This document shows positions 45,205-53,614 of a stretch of DNA of 53,614 nucleotides, piece after piece. The notes beneath the pieces are model-generated. The model saw only the letters and a list, made by a program, of their open reading frames with translations. It did not search any database and was not told the DNA's origin. The stretch is taken from assembly GCF_020745735.1 (NCBI RefSeq), contig NC_083409.1:12343423-12397036 (forward strand). The letters are read 5' to 3'. The translations under genes and the position numbers were made by a program. Position 1 is the stretch's first letter, and each line of letters opens with the position of its first letter. The stretch is from Hemiscyllium ocellatum (Eukaryota).

Positions 45205-45665
45205 GTCAGAGAGTCATTTAGCATGGAAACAGACCCTTTGGTTCAACTCATCCATGCCAACCAGATATTCTAAATTAATCTAGTCCCATTTGCCAGGATT
45301 TGGCCCATATCCCTCTAAACCTTCCGATTCATGTACACATCCAGGTACCTTTTAAATGTGTATTTGTACCAGCCTCCACCACTTCCTCAGGCAGCTCATT
45401 CCATACACGTACCACCCTCTGTATGAAAAAGTTGCTCCTTAGATCCCTACCAAATCCTTCCTCTCTCACCTTAAACCTATGCCCTCTAGTTTTGGACTTA
45501 CGTACCCTGGGCAAAAGACCTTGGCTATTCACCTTATCTATGTCACTCATGATTTTATAAACCTCTATAAAGTCACCCCTCAGCCTCCAATGTGCCAGGG
45601 AAAATAGCCCCAGTTTATTCAGCCTCTCCCTGTAGCTCAAAACCTCCAACCCTGGCAACATCCTT
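45205..45665 (-). mobile_element. CR1 3' end
   Basis: RMLPGLEVLSYRERLNKLGLFSL...FFIQRVVRVWNELPEEVVEAG. Confidence 0.9.
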
Positions 45666-45689
45666 GCAAGGTCATGAGAGGACATCAGC

Positions 45690-48140
45690 AATCAGGGTAT
45701 TGGTTTGAAATGTGTGTACTTCAATGCCAGGAGCATCCGGAATAAGGTGGGTGAACTTGTAGCATGGATTGGTATCTGGGATTTCGATGTTGTGGCCATT
45801 TCAGAGAAATGGTTAGAGGACTTTATTGCAGGTTCCGGGATTTAGATGTTTCAGCAAGAACAGAGAACATGATAACAGAGGGTGGGCTGTGGTATTGTTA
45901 ATCAAGGGTACTATTTTAGTAGCTGAGATAACATGGGAGGACACATCCACTGAGATAGTTTGAACTGAGGTTAGAAACAGCAAAGGAGAGCTCACCCTGT
46001 TTGGAACTTTCTTTAGGCCTCCGAATGTATCCAAGGATATAGAGGAAAGGATGGCAAAGATTATTCTCGATAGGAGTGAGTGCAACAGGGTAGTTGTTAT
46101 AGGGGACTTTAACTTCCCCAATATTGACTGGGAATACAATTGTTCAAGTAGTTTAGATGGGTCAGTTTTTGTTCAATGTGTGGAGGGTTTCCTGACACAG
46201 TAAGGGTTAGGCCATATTGTTTACAGGCCAACAAGGGGTGATGCCATATTGGCCAGGTGTTAGATTTTGAGGTAGGTGAACATTTTGGCGATAGTGACCA
46301 CAATTTGGTTATGTTTACAATAGCATTGGGCAGGGATAGGAATATACTACAGGGAATATATATAACTGGGGGAAAGGCAATTATGATGTGATTAGGCAAG
46401 ATTTAGGATGCATCAGATGGAAAAGAAACTGCAGGGGGTGGACACACTTGAAATGAGGAGCTTATTCAAGGTACAGCTACTGTGGGTCCTTGATAAGTAT
46501 ATACTTATCAGGCAGGGAGGTAGTTGTTGAGAGAGGGAGCCATGGTTTTCTAAAGATGTTGAAGCTCTTGTCAAGAGGAAGAAGGCGGTTTATGTGAGGA
46601 TGAGGCATGAAGGCTCAGTTAGGGGGCTTGAGAGTTATAAGTTAGCCAGAAAAGATTAAAAGAGAGGGCTAAGAAGAGCCAGGGAGAAACATGAGAAATT
46701 GTTGGTGGATAGGGTCAAGGAAAACCCTAAGGCCTTCTATAAGTACATCAGGAATAAAAGAATGACTAGATTAGGGCCAATCAAAGATAGGAGTGGAAAG
46801 TTGTGTGAGGAATCTGAGGATATGAGGAAGTGCTGAATGAATACTTTTTGTCAGTATTCTCATTGGAAAAGGGCAATGCTCGTGAGAATACTGAGTTATA
46901 GGCTACTAGATTAGACGGGATTGTGGTTGATAACAAGGTTGTTTTAGCAATGTTGGAAGATCTGAAAACAGATAAGACCCCTGGGCCTGATGGGATGTAT
47001 CCTTGGATTCTCTGGGAAGTCAGGAGGAGATTACAGAGCCTTTGTCTTTGATCTTTATGTCATCATTGTCAAAAGGAATAATGCCAAAATTTTGGAAGAT
47101 AGCAAATGTTGTTCCCTTTTTAAGAAGGGGAGTCGAGACCACTCTGGTAATTATAGGCCAGTGAACCTTACTTTGGTTGTCGGTAAGGTGTTGGAAAAGA
47201 TTATGAGAGATAGGATTTATAATCATCTGGAAAGGAATAATTTGATTACAGATAGTCAACACGGTTTTGTGAAGAATAGGTCGTGCCTAACTAATCTTAT
47301 TGAGCTCTTCGACAAGGTGACAAAAATGGTGAATGAAGGTAAAGTTGTTGATGTGGTGTATATGGACTTCAGTAAGTCACTTGATAAAGTTCCACATGGT
47401 AAGCTATTGCACAAAATATGGAACTTCACGATTGAAGGTTATTTCGCGAATTGGATCAGGAATTAGCTAGCTGAAAGAAGACAGAGGGTGGTGGTTGATG
47501 GGAAATGTTCATTCTGGAGCTCAGTTACCAGTGGTGTGCTGCAAGGATCTGTTTTGGGGCCAATGGTGTTTGTCATGTTTATAAATGATGTGGACATGGG
47601 CGTGGAAGGATGGGTTAGTAAATTTGCAGATGACACGCAGGTAGGCAGGGTTGTAGGTAGTGCCGAAGGATATTATGGGTTGCAGAGGGACATAGATAAG
47701 ATGCAGAGCTGGGCTGAGAAGTGGCAAATGAGTTTAATGCAGAAAAGTGTGAGGTAGTTCACTTTGGAAGAAATAACAGGAATGCAGAGTACTGGGCTAA
47801 TGGTAAAATTCTTGGCAGTTTATATAAACAGCAAGATCTCGGTGTCCAGGTGCATAAATCCCTGAAGGTTGCCAGCCAGATTGAAGGCATATGGTGTATT
47901 GGTGTTTATTGAGAGGGGGATTGAATTTTGGAGCCACAAGATCATGCTTCAGCAGTACAATACATTGGTACGGCCACACCTGGAGTACTGCGTACAGTTC
48001 TGCTCACCGCATTATAGGAAGGATGTGGAAGCTTTGGAAAGGATACAGAGGAGATTTACTAGGATGTTGCTTGGTATGGAAGGAAGTTCTTACAAGGAAA
48101 GGCTGAGGGAACTGAGGCTGTTTTCATTGGAGAGAAGAAG
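45690..48140 (+). mobile_element. Near-complete CR1 ORF2 (APE and RT), disrupted by stops and frameshifts
   Basis: LKCVYFNARSIRNK, GDFNFPNIDW, YMDFSKSLDKVPHGKL, GVLQGSVLGP, KFADDT, LFSLERRRL. Confidence 0.95.
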
Positions 48141-48264
48141 GCTAATTTGCCTTCCCAAAATGCAAAGTCTGTCATTTATCGAAATAAACTCCATCTCTCA
48201 CTCCTCGTCCATTGGCCCAACTGATCAAGCGTTGATCATATATTATAAACCTGAGCATCGATAA

Positions 48265-48825
48265 GGCATTGGTGTGACCACACCTGGGCATTGTCTCTCC
48301 TTATTTGAGGATGGATGTAGTGGCACTGGAGACTGTTCAGAGGATGCTCCCCAGGCTGATTCCAGGGATGAAAGGGCTGTCCTACTATGGAGCAGTTAAA
48401 TAACTTGGGCTTTTACTCACTAGAGTTCAAAAGAATGAAGGACGGGTCTGATTGAGGGATAGAAAATGGGAAAGGGGATTGAGAAGGTGGATGTTGAATA
48501 GATGCTCCCCCTTGCGGGACAGTCTCAAACAAGAGGTCATCGATATAGAGTGAGAGGAGGTAGGTTCAAAACTGAGCTGAGGAGAAACTATTTCTCCCAG
48601 AGGGTTGTGAATCGTGAAACTCAATGTCCCAGAGTGCAGTGGAGGCAGAATCAATCAACAGGTTCAAGAAAGATGTGTTTCTGATGGAAAGCAAGATAAA
48701 GAGCGATGGGGAGCAGGCAGGAGAGTGGAGTTGAGACCAGGATAAGATCAGCCACAGTCATGCTAAATGGCGGAATGAGCTCGAAGGGCTGAATTGCCTC
48801 CTCCCGCTCCTAATTCCTATGTTGA
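48265..48825 (+). mobile_element. CR1 3' end with tail
   Basis: GHRYRVRGGRFKTELRRNYFSQRVVN; tail cctcctcccgctcctaattcctatgtt. Confidence 0.85.
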
Positions 48826-48829
48826 GCAC

Positions 48830-49140
48830 ACAGTCAAGGCTGACACTGTAAAGCTGAGGAAGGTGTTGTCTTTCAGGTGAGATACAAAACAGAGGTCCTG
48901 CCACAATATATCGAACTGTACTATCTCCCCCAGTGACAAGTGCTGGAATTTGAATTCAAATCACAAAGCAAGCCTCATTAATGGTGACCACGATAATGAT
49001 CCCTGATTTCTGCCCAGCCTCAGCCTTACCCAGTCTGGACCTCATGTGACTCCAGCCCCACAGCAAGGCCAGCAGTTCAAGGGCAATTAGTGTTGGATAA
49101 CAAATGCTGATCTATGCCAGTGACACCCACCTCCCAGAAA
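48830..49140 (+). mobile_element. SINE relics (Deu-like piece at about 48830-48900, then unnamed tRNA-SINE body and tail)
   Basis: gaaggtgttgtctttcaggtgagatacaaaacagagg; catgtgactccagccccacagcaa...agggcaattag. Confidence 0.55.
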
Positions 49141-49299
49141 ACAGAATGCAACAGAGATTGGTGTCAGCCAAAATTGTCAGATCAGACTCCCAATGAGATG
49201 GGGAGATGGTTAAAGATGAACTCAGCTCAGAACAGAACAGGTCCCCACTTGTTAACACATTGTCACTGACAAAATAAATGGAAGAAACAGAAAACTAAA

Positions 49300-50290
49300 G
49301 ACGAGAACACTCGAATGTGGGAATATCAGTGAGAATTCAGGAAACTGAAGGAAGGTATGAAGAACTGCAAAGGAAGACAAAAAGGAAGCAAGAGTTACAG
49401 AAAGTGATGGAGAAAGAGACCTGCAAGGGGTCACAAGAATAACACAAATGTTTTACACGAAAATTAGAAAATCAAGGGGTCTCCAGTGCAATGTGAGCCC
49501 TTTAAAAACAAACTGGGAATTCCATGAATGAGACTGAGGGAATGGCCGATATGTACAATAATTATTTGTGTCAGTCTTCACAGTCAAGGAACGGGATAAT
49601 GCAGCTTCCATTCCAGGGAGGTTAATAATGAATGGAAGACTGGAATTCACAAAACTTGATACATGCCAGAAAACAGCATTGGAGAGTGAGCAGCTCTAAA
49701 GGCTGACAGATCTCCAGGACCTCAGGGGTTTAAAGGGAGGGGGAGGGGGGAGAAGTTTCAGAGGCCTTTTCCATCATGTTCCAAAGCAGCAACCATTGCT
49801 TTATTTTGGAAAATGTCTTGCTGTAACTCCATGGGTTCAAGAAAGATGAGAGAGGAAACCGAGGGAATTATATATTGGTCAATCTAACATCTCTTTTGAA
49901 GGTTTCATTGGAATCTATAATTAACAGTCAAGAGAATGAGCATGTAGAGAATTGGAAATAGCCCACATGGATTTGTGATGGGTAGGTTCTAACTAACAAA
50001 CCAAATGCATGAACTAAAATAGTTGATGTATATAGACTTATCAACCTTCAGAATTGATGATAATTTTCACAAAACAATTTGCTGACCAACCTTCAAACCC
50101 ATGGGATTGAAGATGAATGTTTGACTTGGTTCGGAGGCTGGTTTAGTGACAGACAACAGAGAAAGAAAGTGACGAGTGGTGTTCCACAAGGATTCTGTGG
50201 TGAGGCCTTAACTACTTACTGTATGTATTAATGAGAATCATTGTTCCACATTGACACAAAGACTGATGGAATAGTAAGCAGTGCAGATGG
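49300..50290 (+). mobile_element. Old CR1 ORF2 fragments
   Basis: Degenerate YLCQSSQ, KADRSPGP and TSGVPQG-like motifs. Confidence 0.65.
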
Positions 50291-50374
50291 TCTTTTTGTT
50301 TAAAACTCACTCTGAGGACATGGGTGTTGCTGTCTGGCCCAGCATTTATTACACATTCCTAGTTGTCCTTGAGA

Positions 50375-50697
50375 ATCATTGAATCATTATACAGTGTCGA
50401 AGCAGGCCATTCAGCCCATCAAGTCCACACCAACCCACCGAAGAGCATTCCATCTGGACCGACCCCATCCTTGTAATGCTACATTTCCCTTGGCTAACCC
50501 ACCCAGCCTGCACACCCCTCAACACTCCTTGCAATTTAGCATGGCAAATCCATCTCACCGACACATCTATGGACTGTGTGGAGGAAACCCACACAGACAT
50601 GGGGAAAATGTGCAAACTTCACACAGTTATCCCAGGGTGGAATTGAACCCAAGTTCCTGGTGCTGTGACATAGCAGCACTATCCACTGAGCCACAAT
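50375..50697 (-). mobile_element. HE1-like V-SINE
   Basis: Homologous to 3172-3500. Confidence 0.85.
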
Positions 50698-51214
50698 CCT
50701 GCCCTTTGCAAGGTGGTGATGAGCTGCCTTCTTGAACTGCTGCAGTCCATGTGCTGTAGATAAACCTATAATGCCCAGAGGGAGGGAAGTCCAGGATTTT
50801 GACCAAGCAACACTGAAGGAACAGTAATATATTTTCAAATCAGGATGCTATATGGATTGGAGGGGAACCTGGGTTTCTGCTGCTCTTGTCCTTCTAGATG
50901 GAAATGGTCGTGAGTTTGGAAGGTGCTGTCTCAGGAGATTTGGTGGATTTCTGCAGTGCATCTTGTAGATGGTGCACATGGCTGCTACTGAACATCAGTG
51001 GTGGAGGGAGTGGATGTTTAAAGAGATTACAGGCTCCCCCTGGTGTCCCGAGTACTGGTTGTTGCGTCCCGGGCCCTGTATGTAATGCAAATGGTGCGAC
51101 TGATCCTTCTGATTTTTCCCAACCTCACCAGGTCTCTACAGTCACTGACAAAGCCTTTGGCTACCTTTGCCAATTAGGGACCTTGATTGATGGGAAACAG
51201 ACTTAAATAGGTCA

Positions 51215-52640
51215 ATAAGATTTGGGAGTTACAGACACAGATTGCGAAGTGGAAATCTGATGTATGGCTCTGACAGAGACCGAGCGGGACTGGGTATTCC
51301 TGGATACAAGGTGTTCAGTAAAGATTGGAGAGGGGGACAATTGTGAGAAGTGGTACAATTGGTTAAGGAGATCAGTGCAGAGCCAGAGGAAGAGGGTGCC
51401 TCTGAGGGGTCAAGGACAGAATCGATTTGGCTTGAGATAAGGAACAAAAATGGTGCAATCAGATTGTTCAGAGCAGACTACAGGTCACCAACCAGTGGGA
51501 AGGATGGATAGGAACAAACGTACAAGGAACTTACAGAGAGATGCAAACAAGTCATTATAAGGGGAAACTTAAATTATCTGAATATTGACTGGGATAGCAG
51601 CAATGAAGAACAGACGGGGCAAGTCTAATCTTAGAGTAGGATAAAAAGCCGGCACAACATCGTGAGCCAAAGGGCCTGAACCGTGCTGTAGTGTTTGATT
51701 TTCTATTTTCATTCTAAGATTGTATTGAGGGCATGCAGGACAAGAGTTTGTGCTCGGCCTGGATCTTGGTACTGAGTTAGGCCAAGTAGGTCAAGTGTCA
51801 TGGGAAGGATTTGCAGAACAGTGATCATTGTATTGTAATATTTAGGAAAATGATTTTTAAAAAAAGAACAAAGCACAGCCCAGAGTAAGAATAATTAACT
51901 GAGAGAGAGCTGAGATCAACAGGGCAAAAGCAGAGCTGGATTGAATAGACTGGATCCAGAGACTGGCAAGAAAACCAGCAGCTGAGCAATGGGTTACCTT
52001 CAAAGCACAGATGGGTAGGGGGACAGTTGGGGTACATTCCCTGAAAAAGAGAAGGTAGGGAAAACAAATTCAGTGCTCCTAGGATGCAAAAGGAGATAGA
52101 CATTATGGATGCCATCTGCAAATGTACTAACAATGCCCTCAGTTCCTTCATCCAGATCATTAATGTATAGCATGAATAGTTGTGGTCTTCTGCTAGTCTG
52201 CCTTCCTGAAAAAGACCCCTTTATCCCCACTCTCTGCCTTCTTCTGACCAGCCAATCCTCTACCCTTGCCAGTATCTTGCCCCTTATACCGTGGGATTTA
52301 TCTTGTGTCGCAGTGCCTTGTGCGGCACCTTGTCAAAGACTTTCTGGAAATCCAAATAGATCACATCCACTGGCTCTCCTTTGTCGAACTTGCTTCTTAC
52401 CTCATCAAAGAACACTAACAGGTTTGTCAGGCATGACTTCCCCTTGATGAAGCCATGCTGACTCAGCCCTACTTTACCATGCTCTTCCAAGCACCCTTGA
52501 ATCTCATCTTTAAATTTAAGTCTCAAATCTGACCAATGATTGAGGTCAAGTTAACCGATTATAATTTCCTGTCTTCTGCCTCCCTCCCTTATTGCTTAAA
52601 CAAGGGCGTTATCCAAGCCATTTTCCATTCCTTTGGAACC
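51215..52640. mobile_element. CR1 fragments (+ APE about 51215-52100; - RT about 52110-52640)
   Basis: QHGFIKGKSCLTNLLVFF...VIYLDFQKVFDKVPH on the minus strand. Confidence 0.85.
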
Positions 52641-53044
52641 CTGCAACCATCAACCCCCTTCCCCCCCCCCCCCCCAGCAACACTCCCCCCGCCCCGACTC
52701 CAGTGATTCCTGAAAGATCACCAACACCATCACAAACTCCTCAGCGACCCCCTTCAGAAGAATCACATGTTTATGGCAAGCCCCAGGGAGGAAATACAAA
52801 TAAGAGCCAAGCTGAAAGCAGAAGGTTCAGATGGGAGGTGAAAACACAAAGCAAGAGCAGCCAATAGAGGTTAAGAATGAAGACTGGCAGCTCATACAAA
52901 GGGGAATCCTCGTGTCTTTGATAGAACACATAAACAGCAAAAAACGGAAGAGTGGAGCCAATTAGAGGCAACCAATAAGATTTACACATGGAGGCAGGGA
53001 ACGTGACTGAAATGTTAAATGAATATTTTTGATCCATCTTTCCT

Positions 53045-53614
53045 CAGGAAGGAAATGCTGCCTTTGCTCGGTTTCACCAGTGTACCATGCCTCAGGGCAT
53101 CTTTGCCTGCAGCGTATGAGATAGACAACGTTGGCTGATTCACACGAGTACCTGCCATGTACATGGTGGGAGGTGTCCCCACGTGTAATGTGGTATCCAT
53201 GTCCACATTCTGATACGTCTTGCAGCGTCTACTGTGACAGTGTCGTATGTCGTAAAAAGTGGGATAACAGAGTTTTACATACATTCATGCAGTTTTTGAG
53301 CTCAGAGTTCTACATGAATGCTTGCAGTTTTTGAGCAAAGTACAATGTAACTCTGCAAGTACAAATTCACCCCACAAAATTTATGTGTGCATGTGGGTCT
53401 TTGTCTGATTGTGTGTGTGTGTGCCTGTCTGTCTGGGGTGGGGGTTGTGAGTGTGAGAAAGTGTGTGCATGTCTGTGTGTGTAGTGAGTGCAGAGTGTCT
53501 TAAGTCTGTGAGGGGATGCGTGTGGGAGTGTCTGTAAGGGTAAACTTTACTTTCTGTGTGTGGGTGTCTGTGTGTACCTGTGTCCGTGTGTATGTGTAGG
53601 AATATATGTGTGTG
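53045..53614 (-). mobile_element. Penelope-like element fragment (GIY-YIG piece about 53045-53260) and TG-rich associated sequence
   Basis: Frameshifted HSRRCKT...YSCESANVVYLIRCRQRCPEAWYTGET on the minus strand; assignment of the TG-rich part is from recall. Confidence 0.7.

Noticed and set aside
43679-51092. Perfect octamers ATGCAAAT at 43679-43686 and 51085-51092
   Set aside because: Isolated 8-mers beside repeats with no leader, V exon or TATA context
1-53614. CRISPR arrays, rRNA genes or prokaryotic operons
   Set aside because: None seen; the sequence is vertebrate, with spliceosomal introns and dense retroelements

Overview
Vertebrate genomic DNA, almost certainly a cartilaginous fish (shark). 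This rests on a kappa-type Ig light-chain gene of the shark NS4/type III kind and on the repeat content (CR1 LINEs, HE1-like V-SINEs, Deu-domain SINE, Penelope-like elements). The one supportable host gene is an Ig kappa light-chain cluster on the + strand: leader exon 20200-20248, a V-J exon already joined in frame with no RSS (20407-20739), a 9.5-kb intron and C exon 1 (30263-30591). These splice to an intact 236-aa chain. A second open C exon (38502-38830) lies 8 kb downstream with no V or J of its own. The rest is mostly nested, decayed retroelements: CR1 and L2-like LINEs, SINEs, a Gypsy relic with SCAN-like gag, and Penelope-like elements carrying minimal hammerhead-ribozyme motifs and fold-back insertions with target-site duplications. 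A 200-N gap (18289-18488) means adjacency of the left third to the Ig gene is unproven. Most ORF-track entries are repeat-derived or spurious. Exon, TSD and motif coordinates were read base by base; repeat boundaries are approximate; repeat family names come from recall of consensus sequences, not from a database search.
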